64,000 bases of DNA, from positions 320,001 through 384,000 of the forward strand of contig CAXNJO010000005.1 of the NCBI GenBank assembly GCA_964202905.1, read 5' to 3'. Every line of letters starts with the position of its first letter. The first letter of the stretch is position 1. Below, one piece after another: positions 12,849 to 24,409 of the stretch. The notes beneath the pieces are model-generated. The model was not told where the DNA came from. It made no database searches and was given only the letters and a program-made list of their open reading frames with translations. Origin of the DNA: Polyangiales bacterium. Its GTDB lineage: Bacteria > Myxococcota_A > Polyangia > Polyangiales > JADJQN01. The position numbers and the translations under genes were made by a program.

Positions 12849-13718
12849 ATGCACACCTCCCCCGACGCACCGCACGCTCTCCCGCTCACGGCGGATGACG
12901 GATATCCGCTCATGGCGCAGGTCCACCCCGCGCAGGGCCCCGAACGCGCGCGCATCGTCATCGCCGGCGCCACCGCCGTCCCGCAGCGCTTCTATCGGCC
13001 CTTCGCGGCGTTCGCGGCCGAGCGTGGGTATTCGACGCTCACGCTCGATTACCGCGGCATCGGGCTATCCCGCCCGGAATCCCTGCGCGGCTTCGAGATG
13101 AACTATCTCGACTGGGCACGTCTCGATCTGCCCGCGGCGATCGACGCCCTCGCCGCACCGGGAATCCCGCTCTTCTACGTCGGTCACTCGTATGGCGGTC
13201 ACGCCTTCGGCCTGCTGCCGAATCCCGAGCGCGTGTCGCGCGTCTACACCTTCGGCACGGGCGCGGGCTGGGTGGGGTGGATGCCGCCGCTCGAGCGCGT
13301 ACGCGTCCTCGCGCTCTGGTATGTGATCGGACCGCTGCTCGTGCGCACGCACGGATATCTCGCGTGGAAGCGGCTCGGGCTCGGCGAGGATCTGCCGCTC
13401 GGCGTCTACCGCGACTGGAAGCGCTGGTGCGCCCATCCCCGCTATTTCTTCGATGTGCCGGAGCTGCGCGACGAGGTCACTCGCCTCTTCGACCGCGTCC
13501 GCACACCCATCGTCGCCGCCAACGCGCTCGACGACCTCTGGGCGCTACCCGCCTCGCGCGACGCCTTCCTGGCGGGATATCGACACGCCCCGGTGCGCAC
13601 CGTCGACATCGATCCACAAACGCGCGGAATCGGCCCCATCGGACACATGGGCTATTTCCACCGGCGGGCGCAGCCGCTCTGGGAAGAGGTCTTGAGCTGG
13701 TTCGAAGAAGCGAGGTGA
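12849..13718 (+). CDS. Predicted alpha/beta hydrolase (COG4757-like)
   Basis: GATAVPQRFY, DYRGIG, GHSYGG, IGHMGYF. Confidence 0.88.
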   Translation: MHTSPDAPHALPLTADDGYPLMAQVHPAQGPERARIVIAGATAVPQRFYRPFAAFAAERGYSTLTLDYRGIGLSRPESLRGFEMNYLDWARLDLPAAIDALAAPGIPLFYVGHSYGGHAFGLLPNPERVSRVYTFGTGAGWVGWMPPLERVRVLALWYVIGPLLVRTHGYLAWKRLGLGEDLPLGVYRDWKRWCAHPRYFFDVPELRDEVTRLFDRVRTPIVAANALDDLWALPASRDAFLAGYRHAPVRTVDIDPQTRGIGPIGHMGYFHRRAQPLWEEVLSWFEEAR

Positions 13719-13726
13719 GCTCACCC

Positions 13727-14158
13727 TCACGCCAGCGCGAGACCGACCCGCACGACGAGCGCGAGCAGCGCGAGCGACGAGAAGAGAAAGAGCGCGAACC
13801 GCACCTCGATCTTGTTCACCGTCGCCTGAAAGACGCTGTGCACGACGCGCAGCGCGACGTACGCCCACGCGAGGCCGAGCTCGACCGCGCCGCACGCCGG
13901 CAAGAGCGCGGCGATGATCACGAGGGAATAGAAGAGCGTCGGCTGCTCGAAGAGGTGATTGTAGTTGTCGGCCTTCCAGCGCACCGAGGGCGGGAGCGTC
14001 GCCATCTGCTCACCGCGCGCGACGTTCGCGTCGAGCGTCATCTGCGCGCGCCGGATGGCGGGGAGGCGCGTCACGTACATCCACGTCCACATGACGAAGG
14101 TCCACGCCGCGAGCGCGACGGCGGGCACGAGCAAGGCACGATTCACGACGACGTCCAT
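13727..14158 (-). CDS. MAPEG family membrane protein
   Basis: WKADNYNHLFEQPTLFY and AWAYVALRVVHS; four hydrophobic helices. Confidence 0.85.
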   Translation of the reverse strand: MDVVVNRALLVPAVALAAWTFVMWTWMYVTRLPAIRRAQMTLDANVARGEQMATLPPSVRWKADNYNHLFEQPTLFYSLVIIAALLPACGAVELGLAWAYVALRVVHSVFQATVNKIEVRFALFLFSSLALLALVVRVGLALA

Positions 14159-14225
14159 GGGCGGCTCCGCGGGTCTGGAGGGGATACGAGACATCCACGC
14201 TCGTCTCCACGAGCGCATGAAGAAC

Positions 14226-14954
14226 TCAGCGTGCCGGGAGGAGCCACCGCGTGAGTGCGTGCGCCGCGAGGGCGCCGACGAGCTGTGCGGCGATGAACCC
14301 CGGTGCGTCGCCGGGGCGGATGCCGGCGAAGGTATCCGTCGCCGTGCGCGCGAGCGTCACCGCGGGATTCGCGAATGAGGTCGAGGCCGTGAACCAATAT
14401 GCGGACGTGATGTAGAGGCCCACGGCGAGCGGCGTCGCCTCCGCGCGGCTGCGCGAGACGGCGCGGATCACGAGCACGAGGCCGAACGTCGCGACGAGCT
14501 CGCTCCACCACTGCGCAGGGCCGGTGCGCGCGTGCGTCGAGGCGAAATACACCGCGCGCTCCGCGAACATCGCGTGTGCGGCGGCGACGCCCGCGAAGCC
14601 CCCCGCGAGCTGCGCGGCGACGTACGCGAGCGCGGTGCGCGGCGCGAGCGCGCCCGCGAGGGATTCGACGAGGGTGACGGCCGGGTTGAAGTGCGCGCCC
14701 GAGATCGGCCCGAAAGAAAGGATGAGCGCGACCAGCCCCGCGCCGGTCGCGACGGTGTTCGCGAGCAGCGCGATCGCCACGTTCCCGCCCGCGAGCCGCT
14801 CGCCCATGATCCCCGAGCCGACGACGACTGCGAGCAGCAGCGCAGTGCCGAGCACCTCGGCGACGAGCGCGCGAGGGAGTGACGCGGGCGCGGGCGCGGC
14901 CGCGGCCGCATCCGAAGACGCACGAGATTCGCGGGTGGGTGGAGACTTGCGCAT
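14226..14954 (-). CDS. MIP/aquaporin family channel (AqpS-like, arsenic-associated type)
   Basis: SGAHFNPAV and AYWFTASTSFANPAVT (two NPA motifs); VVGSGIMGERL. Confidence 0.9.
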   Translation of the reverse strand: MRKSPPTRESRASSDAAAAAPAPASLPRALVAEVLGTALLLAVVVGSGIMGERLAGGNVAIALLANTVATGAGLVALILSFGPISGAHFNPAVTLVESLAGALAPRTALAYVAAQLAGGFAGVAAAHAMFAERAVYFASTHARTGPAQWWSELVATFGLVLVIRAVSRSRAEATPLAVGLYITSAYWFTASTSFANPAVTLARTATDTFAGIRPGDAPGFIAAQLVGALAAHALTRWLLPAR

Positions 14955-14990
14955 GGCGGCGCGAGGATAGCGTCGATAGAGTGCGGCGCG

Positions 14991-15665
14991 ATGATCCCGC
15001 GCGTCGTGCTCGGAGAGTCGGTGACGCCGGATGGCGCGCCCCTCACGCTCACGCGCGAGGGGGTGTCGCTCGTCGTGCGCATCTCGGGCGTGCCGCTCAT
15101 GTCGAGCCGCGTGCACGGGTCCGAGGAGGCGATGGCCGAGGTGGGCTGTGCAGGGCTCGCGGCGCGCGCGGATGCGCGCGTCCTCGTCGGCGGGCTCGGC
15201 ATGGGCTTCACGCTGCGCGCCGTGCTCGACGCGCTCGCCGCGGAGGGGGAGGTCGTCGTCGCCGAGCTGCTGCCCGTGCTCGTGCAGTGGAACCGCGGGC
15301 CGCTCGGGCCTCTCGCGAATCACCCGCTCGACGATCCGCGCACACGGCTCTTCGAGGGCGATGTGCGGATTCCGATCCGCAGTCCGGAATCAGGCTTCGA
15401 CGCGATCCTGCTCGATGTGGACAATGGCCCCGAGGCCTTCACCGTCGCGTCGAACGCCGCGCTCTACGGCCGCGCAGGGCTCGCGCGCCTCCGCGACGCG
15501 CTGCGGCCCGGCGGGCGGCTCGTGGTGTGGTCGGCGGTCGAGAGCCCCGCGTTTCAGCATGCGCTCCGGAGCGCGGGATTCCGCGAGGAGGTGCGCGCCG
15601 TGCGCGCGCGCGGTGCCGTGCGCAAGGGCGCGCGACACTGGCTCTTCGTCGGTCAACGGGGGTGA
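14991..15665 (+). CDS. Spermidine-synthase-like SAM-dependent methyltransferase
   Basis: LMSSRVHGSE, VLVGGLGMGFT, FDAILLDVDNGP. Confidence 0.85.
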   Translation: MIPRVVLGESVTPDGAPLTLTREGVSLVVRISGVPLMSSRVHGSEEAMAEVGCAGLAARADARVLVGGLGMGFTLRAVLDALAAEGEVVVAELLPVLVQWNRGPLGPLANHPLDDPRTRLFEGDVRIPIRSPESGFDAILLDVDNGPEAFTVASNAALYGRAGLARLRDALRPGGRLVVWSAVESPAFQHALRSAGFREEVRAVRARGAVRKGARHWLFVGQRG

Positions 15666-15697
15666 GGGACGGGCGGCGCGTCGACGCGCGCTGCGGC

Positions 15698-16165
15698 TCA
15701 CCTGCCGTCGCGAGAGGGCGACGCGTCCGCACCGACGCGCAGCCCCTCGAGGAGCGCGTCGAGTTCCGGAAGGCGCGAAGCGACGGTGTCGCGCGCGCTG
15801 CGAAATCGCGTGAGGAGCGCGTCGTGGGTGAGCGAGGGGTCGTGGCTCGCCGGATCGGGGATGGGCCAATGCAGGCGCCGCGCGCGGCCGAGGAAGACCG
15901 GACACACCTCTTCGGCGCAGAGGGTGATGACCAGATCGACCCCGGCTGGATCGATGTCCGCGACGGACTTCGAGCGTTGTCCCCCGGCGTCGAGGTCGAT
16001 CTCGCGGAGCACGTCGATCGCGAACGGATTCACGCGGGAAGGGGCGCTACCCGCGCTCTCGACGCGGGCGCGCGCACCGAAGCGGGCGCGTGCGAGGCAT
16101 TCCGCGAGCTGACTGCGCGCGGAGTTCGCGACGCAGAGAAAGAGGATTCCAGGGATCTTCGACAT
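15698..16165 (-). CDS. arsC: Arsenate reductase, LMW-PTP type
   Basis: [29 protein letters not shown]. Confidence 0.88.
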   Translation of the reverse strand: MSKIPGILFLCVANSARSQLAECLARARFGARARVESAGSAPSRVNPFAIDVLREIDLDAGGQRSKSVADIDPAGVDLVITLCAEEVCPVFLGRARRLHWPIPDPASHDPSLTHDALLTRFRSARDTVASRLPELDALLEGLRVGADASPSRDGR

Positions 16166-16307
16166 CGCTTCACCGTCTTTCACCGATTCACTGCTCGTCA
16201 CTGCCGGAGCGGACGTCGTCCGTACCGGCGAGGATGCCTATCCCGAGGGCCGCAACTCGAGCGCGGCCAACCGTCCATCGTGCGCGTCACCGACTCGTCA
16301 CGCGCGC

Positions 16308-17911
16308 TCAGAGCCGCAACACCCGCACCGCGCGGCCGTTCGCCGTCGAATGTGCCTCTTCGCGCACGCGCTCCTCGAGCGGCGGCGCGTCGCTGCGCCG
16401 GTCGAAGAGCACGAGCACGCCCGCATCGAGCCCGACCCGCGCGAGGTATTCGTCGAGCTGCACGAGCCCCTCGGCGAGCGGGTCTTTGCGCTTGTCGCGC
16501 CACACCTTCATCTCGAGGGCTTCGCGCTGGAGCTGCTGTTTGCCGGCGGCGTCCGAATACGGCCATTCGATCAGCAGATCGATGCGGCGGCGGCCAATGC
16601 CGTATTCGCGCGACACCACCCCACCGCCGTTCACGACGCGCTGCAGATAGGCCATCAGCACGAGCTGTGCGCCTGATTCCGCGTACGTCGCGCCCTCGGT
16701 CATCGACTCGCCTTGCTCCACCCAGAAGGCCGCGAACTCGCGCAAGAGCACATCGATGTCGAAGCGGCCATCGGCGCGCACGAAGCGGCGCGGGTCGGCG
16801 GTCACGCTGCTCTGCGCCGACGCCGAGAGCACGCGCGCGATCACCTCGCGGTAGATGTCGTTCGCGACGCGCAGCGGCGGGTTCTTCACGAGCCCGAGAT
16901 CGACGACGTACGACACATCGTCGTTGAACACCGGGTCGACCGGCGCGAGCTCGCCGGCGAGCAGCGGCCCGATCACGCGCCGCACGCGCGGCTCGGCGAG
17001 CTTGCTCGCGAGCGAGTCGAGGTGCGTCGCGCGGGCGAGGATCAAACGCTCCTTCGTCGCCTCGACGTGGGCGCGCTCGATGGCGCCCGTCACGCCCATC
17101 TCGCTCACGACCTCGTTGGCGAGCGCGTTCACGAGCCACGGCTGGCCACCGGCGAGCTCCGAGAGGCGCGTGAGCGCGTCCTCGGTGATCTCCTGCCCCG
17201 TCGCGGCCGTGTGATGCCCGAGGAGCGCACGCACCTCCTCGTCCGAGAACGTGCCGAGCGTCAGCGACTTCAGCTTCACGTTGAACGGGCTCGCCGTACC
17301 GAGCCGATTCGCGTCACCGCCGCTCGCCATCTTGTAGTCGCGCACATCGCGCAGGCCGCACAGCATCACCGACCACGGCGCATGGCCCGGCCGCTTCGGG
17401 AAGCCCGCGCGGAGTTGGCGCAGCACCGCGATCAGGCTCTGCCCGCGCAGCGCGTCGATCTCATCGAGCAGCAGCACCACGCGCCGCGGGCAGCGGGCGC
17501 ACCACGCTGCCAGCACATCGGTGAGCAGCGTCGCCGAGTCGAGCGCGTCGGGGAGCGGACCGGGACGCAGCGACGCGGGCAAGCTGCAGCGCTGCCTCCT
17601 CGGCGAGGTACGCGCACCAGCGTCTCCTGGGCCGCGACCGTATCGTCCCCCGCCGCCTCCGCCGCCTCGCAGCTCATGTAGAGCGCGGCGTAGTCCTCGC
17701 CCACCGAGAGCGACTTCGCGAACGCCCGCAGGAACGTCGTCTTCCCCGACTGCCGCGGCGCGTGGAGGACGAAGTAGCCCCCCATCGCCACGATCCCCGG
17801 CGCCTCGGGCACGCGCGGGAGCGGCGGCACCATGTAGTGCTGATGCTCCTCGCACGGCCCCGTCGTGTTGAAGTACTTCGGAATCGGCGGATAGACGCGC
17901 TTCTCGACCAT
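16308..17911 (-). CDS. AAA-like ATPase with C-terminal PD-(D/E)XK-like domain (two frameshifts ~17583-17612)
   Basis: FNTTGPC, Walker A APRQSGKTT, Walker B LLLDEID, C-terminal REYGIGRRRIDLLI...ALEMK. Split across ORFs 17432..17911 and 16308..17855. Confidence 0.82.
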
Positions 17912-18095
17912 GACCGCGCGCAGCGTATCACCGCGGCCCGCGGCCAGGCGGCGCGGAGCGAGGGCCGGACCGAGCAGAGCTGGGAGATCCGACGACGAAG
18001 TCTGGACGATCCCACGGCGAATCCTCAGACATGCCGCGACATGCGCGTCGTGCTCCGCACACGGTCCTCACACCTCACAGCGGGACACGTGGACA

Positions 18096-18119
18096 GCGGA
18101 CACTCACGCTCGTGTCCGC
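18096..18119. terminator. Hairpin just downstream of the peptidase-like gene
   Basis: gcggacac-N8-gtgtccgc; no U-tract. Confidence 0.35.
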
Positions 18120-18123
18120 GCGC

Positions 18124-19589
18124 TCACTCTACCCAGCGGATGTCCGTGAAGCGGACTTCGCCCGAATCGACGGCCGGGCCGGAGACGGGTGGCAGTGTGG
18201 ACGCGAACGAGAAGAACGTGCCGTTGATGCGCACGCTCACGCGCCCTGGCGTGTAGTCGACCTCGAAGCGCCAGCCCCCGTCGACGGCTGCGGGGGCGAC
18301 GCCGACATCGTTCCAGCGGGCGGCACCGTTCACGTCGAAGCGCGCCAGCCGCCCGTCGCTCCGCACCACGAGCGCTTCCCAACGGGCCGCGCTCTCGTAG
18401 CCGAGCAGCACGCCCCCCGACCATCCGGGCTCGACCGGCGCGTCGAAGGCGAGCTCGAAACGTGAGAGCGAGTTCTTCACTCGCGCGATCGAGAACACTC
18501 CGGGACTGCGCCCGATCACGCGCGTCGCGTCCACGTGGGTCCACTCGACGTAGACCACGGACATCGGCTCCTGGTCCGCCTCGGCGAAGGCGCGCCACGC
18601 CGCCTCCTGCGCCGGTGGGGGCCCCGAAGGCCGCGACGAAGGCGTCCGTCGGCGCGGTGCCGCGATCGACGGCGCGGCGAAAATCGACGAACGCGGGCGC
18701 GAGGGGGCCGCCCTCGGCGCGCATCAGATAGCGGAAGACCGTTTGCGCCACCGGGCGTGAGGGCGACGATCGCGCCCGACACCACGTCGGCGAGGCTCGG
18801 TCCACCGGACGCGAGCTCGGTGCGCGCGGCGAGCGGCGTGTCCTCCTGACTCAACAGCGGGCGCGTCGCGAGGCGCGCGCATCGGCCGTCCCAGTCGTGC
18901 CGCGAGAGCGCCTCGGCGATCCCCTCGATGTACCAGAAGGGCAGAGACGGCGCGGCGCGCGTGAGGTCGTGAATCTGATGAACCGCCTCATGCACCAGCA
19001 GAACCTGCGTGTAATAGCGCGTGGGCTGCACGGCGAGATACGCGGTTTCGTTGCTCGGCTCGTAATAGCCGCCCGCCTCGCCCACGGCGCCGATTCCATC
19101 GGCGGACAGCCCCGCACGGAAGGACGCGGCGTCGCGAAACACCTTCACGCGCAGTGGCAGGCTCGCTGGCGTGAGCGCGCCATCGAAGATAGTGATTTGC
19201 TGCGCATAAGAGGCCTCGAGGAGCCGCGCCCACTCGCTCGCGCGCGCGGCGTCGGCCTCGGCCTCGAGTCGGTAATGCACGGTCGTCGCGACCACGCGCG
19301 TTCCCTCGTCGACCACCGCCACCGGGCCGTCGAAGCAACCCGGCGATGGCGCCGTGTCGGCGTCCGCGCCCGCGTCCGTGCCGGCACCGCCGTCACCATC
19401 GCGGCCCGCATCCGGCGCGCCTGCATCGATCCTCGCGATGTCCCCGGCGTCGGGGCCAAAGCCCGCGTCGGCCGGCCTCGTCTCCGCGTCACAACCCGCG
19501 ATCCCGAGGAATCCAGCGCCAAGCAGGCTGAATGCCCACCACGTCGGCGAATGCCATGCGCGCGAACGTCGGTGTACGGACGGATTCAC
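18124..19589 (-). CDS. Lipoprotein with gluzincin/peptidase-MA-like domain and C-terminal beta-rich domain (frameshifts ~18560-18770)
   Basis: Lipobox IAGC; AGGYY; HEAVH followed by WYIEGIAE; C-terminal part in ORF 18124..18564. Confidence 0.65.
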
Positions 19590-19753
19590 GACGCCGCTTC
19601 CAGCATGGGGGCGGCCTTGGATGCGCCGTCAACGACGCCTGAGCTGACGGGCCTGCGCGCACAAACCTCGTGTTCCATCCCGCGACCCTACTACGACACG
19701 GACACCCCTCGAGCGACTCGTACGCGCTGTCCGGCGCCCGTTTTGACGACATG

Positions 19754-19797
19754 AAAACGACGAAGGGGGCACACCCTCCCAGGTGGCCCCCTCGTCG
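19754..19797 (-). terminator. Rho-independent terminator of the TonB cassette
   Basis: Stem cgacg(a)agggggc / gccccctcgtcg with an adjacent aaaa (U-tract on the - strand), just downstream of the lipoprotein stop. Confidence 0.65.
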
Positions 19798-19833
19798 GGT
19801 CACGGCCTCATGGCCGCGTCTCGGGTGTGGCGA

Positions 19834-21342
19834 TCAGTCCGCGGTGCGCCAGCCGGCGTACCAGGGCGTGCCCGTCGGGTCAACTGCGCCCACGTAGGCT
19901 GCCGCGTCGAAGAAGCCACCCGCCGGGGGCGCCGCTGCGCCCGTCGTCGCGGCGGAGCCCGCCGCAGGCTGCCAGTTGCCGCGCACGATGCCGGGATCCG
20001 TCGTCCGGTTGGTCGCCTCGCCGAGGAGCCCGGCGCAGACCGTAGAGGTCGCGTCGCACTCGAAGTTCGCGGCCGCGTTGTTGTCGAAGAAGATCGTGTT
20101 CTGGACGCTCAGCGCGCCGGCGGTGACCTGCGCGTCCGTCGCGCTGTGCTGCACGCGAATCGACTTGTCCGGGAAGCTCATGAAGATGGCGTTGCGAAGG
20201 AGGCCCGCCGTGCCCTCGCGCAGCGTCGCGCCATCCTGCTGGCCGCCGCTCATGCGGCCGGCGCCGACGAAGGTGGCATTCCAGACCTCGGGCGCCGAGC
20301 GCGGGCTCGCGTCGCGCGAGTCTCCATTGTTGTCGGCCTCGATGCCGCGGTCCTCACCCGCCGCGCCACGCTGCTCGGCGATGAAGAACTGCACCTTGCC
20401 GGTGTACCCGAAGGCCCAGTCGAGCGAGTCGTCCCCCGTGTTGATCACGAGCGCGTGCTTGAGGTTCGCCGAACCGCCGAAGAACTCGATGCCGTCATCG
20501 AGGCCGTCGCGGACCTCGATGTAATCGAGCGTCGTGCCCGTGCCGCAGCCGCCGACGGTGAGGCCATTGAGCTCGTTGTTGGTGCCGAAGAGGAAGCCGG
20601 CGTAGCGGATCGTGACGTACCGGACCGAGCCGCAGTCGTGCGCGTCGTCGGTGCCGCCGAACTGGCCGCCCGTCTCGGTCGCGGGCAGACCCTCGATGGT
20701 CGAGGTGCCGCCGGTGTAGTTCGCGCGCGCGCGTCCGAGCAGCACGACGCCGCCCCAGTCACCCGCGGCGGGAACCGTCATCGCGTCGCCGTCGTACTCC
20801 TTCGCACTCGAGAAGCGGACCGGGAGCGCCGCGGTGCCGCGCGCGTCGATCGTCGCGTTCGTCGTGATGACGAGCGCCGCGTTGCCCGCGGTGCCCACGA
20901 CGACGGTGCCCGCCTCGATGACGAGCTCGCCGCTCGTGACGAACGTCGTCGACGTGAGGCGATAGAGGTTGTTGCAAGTCCAGGTCTGGCCAGTGATGTC
21001 GCCCCCCACGTCGACGGGCGTGCGCGCCGAGATGTCCGGACAGGACGGCGAGGGCGGGCCCATGTCGACCGGCGCGCCGGCGTCCACGTCGCCACCCGCG
21101 TCGGTGTCGCCGCCCGCGTCGACTTCGCCACCCGCGTCGACTTCGCCACCCGCGTCGACGTCACCGCCCGCGTCGGTGCCGAGATCGGTCGCGACGTTCA
21201 TGTCGACGGGCATGCCGAGGTCGATGCCCGGCATCACGTCGTCGTCGTCACCGCAGCCGGCCATCACAGCGCCCGAGAGCGCGAGCGCGATCATCCACTT
21301 TGAGCGATTGGCTTTCACGTGTCTTCTCCGTTCATCCATCAC
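19834..21342 (-). CDS. Beta-helix lipoprotein associated with a TonB-dependent receptor
   Basis: Lipobox MAGC, acidic DAGG(D/E)V repeat linker, GDWGGVVLLG, NELNGLT, DDGIEFFGG, GDDSLDW, IEADN, C-terminal YVGAV...W..GW. Confidence 0.8.
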   Translation of the reverse strand: MMDERRRHVKANRSKWMIALALSGAVMAGCGDDDDVMPGIDLGMPVDMNVATDLGTDAGGDVDAGGEVDAGGEVDAGGDTDAGGDVDAGAPVDMGPPSPSCPDISARTPVDVGGDITGQTWTCNNLYRLTSTTFVTSGELVIEAGTVVVGTAGNAALVITTNATIDARGTAALPVRFSSAKEYDGDAMTVPAAGDWGGVVLLGRARANYTGGTSTIEGLPATETGGQFGGTDDAHDCGSVRYVTIRYAGFLFGTNNELNGLTVGGCGTGTTLDYIEVRDGLDDGIEFFGGSANLKHALVINTGDDSLDWAFGYTGKVQFFIAEQRGAAGEDRGIEADNNGDSRDASPRSAPEVWNATFVGAGRMSGGQQDGATLREGTAGLLRNAIFMSFPDKSIRVQHSATDAQVTAGALSVQNTIFFDNNAAANFECDATSTVCAGLLGEATNRTTDPGIVRGNWQPAAGSAATTGAAAPPAGGFFDAAAYVGAVDPTGTPWYAGWRTAD

Positions 21343-21386
21343 AGATCATTGGTGAACTCGCCATGCGTTCGGGCGATGCGCGGGAT

Positions 21387-24352
21387 TCAGAACTCGTGTC
21401 CGATTCCCACGGATGCGCTCACGCCCTGGTCGTAGGACTGGACGACGAACCCTCCCTGCTCGAGGACGTAATCGTCGTTGAGCAGGTTGGAAATCGACGC
21501 CTTGAGTTGCAATTTTTCGACAATCTCCCACGTGACCGCGAGGTCGAGGCTGTGGAAGGGGACCTGATAGACATCGGGCACACCATTACGACCGACGTCC
21601 ACCAACCGACGTCCGAAGACATTGTAGTACAGGCGGATGTCGAGTCCCGCGTCAGTTGGCGCAAACCCGAGTGACAGATTCGCGACGTAGGGAGACTGAC
21701 CGGCCGTGGGGCGCTCGACGCTCGTCGCCTGACCGCGCTGGGCCTCGCTGAGCTGCACCGTGGAGTCGATGATCGACACGTTGCCCCCGATCGAGAAGGT
21801 GCGGAGTGCGTCGCTGAGGCGGCCGAGCGAAATCCGCGCCTCCGCCTCGACGCCGAGGTTGCGGGCGCCCTGCACGTTCTGGAAGGTGGTGCTGCCGTTC
21901 TCATCGTAGATGACGGACTCGATCGCACCGGCGAACGACTTGTAGAAGCCGGTGACCGCGACGACCTCCGAAGGCGCGGGGAACCACTCCCAGCGCAGAT
22001 CGAAGTTGTCGATGGTGGCGCGCTGCAGATCGGGATTGCCGGCCACGTTGCGGCGGCGCACGAAGTCGGGATAGACGAAGGGCGCGAGCTCGCGGATCTG
22101 CGGGCGCGCCACGGCGCGACCGTAGGCGAGGCGCACGAACATGTCGGTCATCGGCTGGACGACGAGCGACGCGCTCGGCAGCGGGTCGACATCGGTGCGC
22201 GCGCGGGAGATCGGCGCGCCGCCGCCGCCCGGCTCGGCGAAGGGCGACTGCGCCTCGACGGTCTGGCGGAAGCCCTCGACGCGCACACCGCCGACGAAAC
22301 GCAGCCAATCGACCACCGACCAGTCGACCATGCCGTAGGCGGCGCCGAGGCTCTGGGTCGCGCGGTAGCTGTCCGTCGTCTGGGTGACCTCGACGAGTTG
22401 CGTGACGGTGCCGAGATTCTCGCGAGAGAAGAGCAGATCCGGCGGCAGCGCCTGCAGGCTGCGGTCCGCGCCCGAGGTGAGCAGGTGCCGGAATCGGCGC
22501 ATGTCGAAGTCGCGGTCGCCGACCCGGACGAACGTGCCGAAACGGGTCGTCAGACTGGCGATCGGAATCGTGAGATCGAGCGAGCCGCCGCCATCACGCT
22601 GCGCGAGCGCGTTCGAGAGGCGCTCGCCGCTGCCGCCACCGGGGACCCAGCTCGCACCGCGGGGCTGGAGCTGATAGGCGAGGTCGCGGGTGTCGGGCTC
22701 GCTGCGGGCGCCGAGCGCCCCATTGAGCTGCCACTTCAGGCGGGCGTCGGTGCCGAGGAAGTGTTGGTGATCGCCGAGGAGCTGCCCGAAGAGGAGCGAG
22801 CGCTCGACCCAGCGCAGGCGGCGCAGGAAGACGTCCGCATCCACGTCCTGCGAATAACCCGTGATGAAGCCCGCGTAGTCGTCGCCGGCCTGGCTCGCGA
22901 GGACGGTGAGCCCGATGGTGTCGTCGTCCGAGGCCTCGAGCGTGACGGCACCGAGCGCGCCGACGAGCGCCGAGGTCTGCGTCGTCTCGCGGGAGAGGCG
23001 ATTGTCCTGCAGCACCGGACGACCATCGGAGATCGCGACGCGATTCACCGTCTCGACGAGCCGCTGCACCTCGCGTTGGTAGCCGAGCGAGAGGAAATAG
23101 CCGAGTCGGCCGCCGCCGACCGCGAAGGAATCACCGAGTCCGACACCCAGCTTGAGGTTGGGCATCGCGAGATCGCGCGTGAGCGCCCAGCGCGGGACGA
23201 AGCCGCGCGCGCGGGCATCGACCTCGGCCTGCGTGAATCCACCGCTCGAGGCCGCGAGGCGGCGATCGGCGGGTACCGAGCTGGGGAGTGCGCGGGCGCC
23301 GCTCGTCGACAGCCGAGGAAATCGGTGCCGCTCCCCGCGCTGCCGAGCACGTCGCGGAAGGTGGTTTGCGAGTTGTAGCCGAGCGAGAGGCTCGTCGTGA
23401 GACGGAACCGCGACGGGAACTCGCGCGTGGTGAGCAGCAGCGTGCCGCCCGCGGCGTCGCCGGGGATGTCGGGGACGACCGTCTTGTAGATGGTCATCGC
23501 CGCGAGCACCGACGCTGGGAAGAGATCGAGTTGGACGCCCGGTACGTCCGGGTCGGTGCTCGGGATTTGCGCGCCGTTGAGCAGCACGCTCGTGTAGCGC
23601 CCGCCGAGGCCGCGGACGAAGAGGTATTGGCCGCCGACGACGCTCGCGCCGACGACGCGCCGCGCGGCGTCGCCTGCGTTGCTGTCGGGGCTGCGCGCGA
23701 TCTCCTGCGCGCTGATGCCATCGCTCACCGAGCTGCTCTGACGGCGGAGCTCGAGCTGCGTGGCTTCGGTGGCGCGGTCGGCGCGCGCGGTGACGACGAC
23801 CTCGGCGAGCGTGTCGGTGTCGGGCTGGAGGTCGATGGAGAGCTCGACCGCCTCGCCGCGACCGACGACGACGTTCGTGAGGCGCGCCGTCTGGTAGAGG
23901 TCGTACGTGACGCGCAGCGCGTAGGTGCCGGGCGGGAGCTCGATTTGGAAGCAGCCGTCGAAGTTCGTAAAGGTGCGGCGGCCGCCGACGACCTGAACAG
24001 CACCTTCAATGATGGTTTCTTGCGTGGCCCCGTCGCGCACGAGGCCGACGATGCCGCTGCGGCGGATGCGCCGGACGTTGCCGGCGTCGTCCATCATCTC
24101 CGCGCACGCAAAGCCCGTCGCGCTCGCGATTCCATCGCCTTCACCGGGTTCGGCGGCGGCGTCTCCGGCCTCGTCCACGGCGGCTGCGTCACGCGGCGCC
24201 GGCGGCGCGGCGGCGACTTCTAGCGCCTCCTGCGGGGGCGCGGCCGGGGCTGGCGCGGCAGCCTCCTGCGCGTGCGCCGTCCCTGCGAGTGCGAGCCCCG
24301 CGAACAAACCCACCCCGAGCGCGAGCGCGCGCCCGACGAATCCCTGCTGCAT
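21387..24352 (-). CDS. TonB-dependent receptor with N-terminal carboxypeptidase-regulatory-like domain (frameshift ~23310)
   Basis: Signal peptide; EVVVTA TonB box; plug VRGLGGRYTSVLLNG; GNPDL, NFDLRWEWFP, SISNLLN; terminal Phe. Confidence 0.9.
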
Positions 24353-24409
24353 CGATGTTCCCCTTCGTCGCTCGGACGATCCGGCTGCGCGCTCCATGGA
24401 GCGGCGGGC

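Noticed and set aside
16169..16203. TTCAC/GTCAC repeats upstream of arsC as a Pho box
   Set aside because: Spacing is irregular (10, 8, 10 bp), not the 11-bp period.
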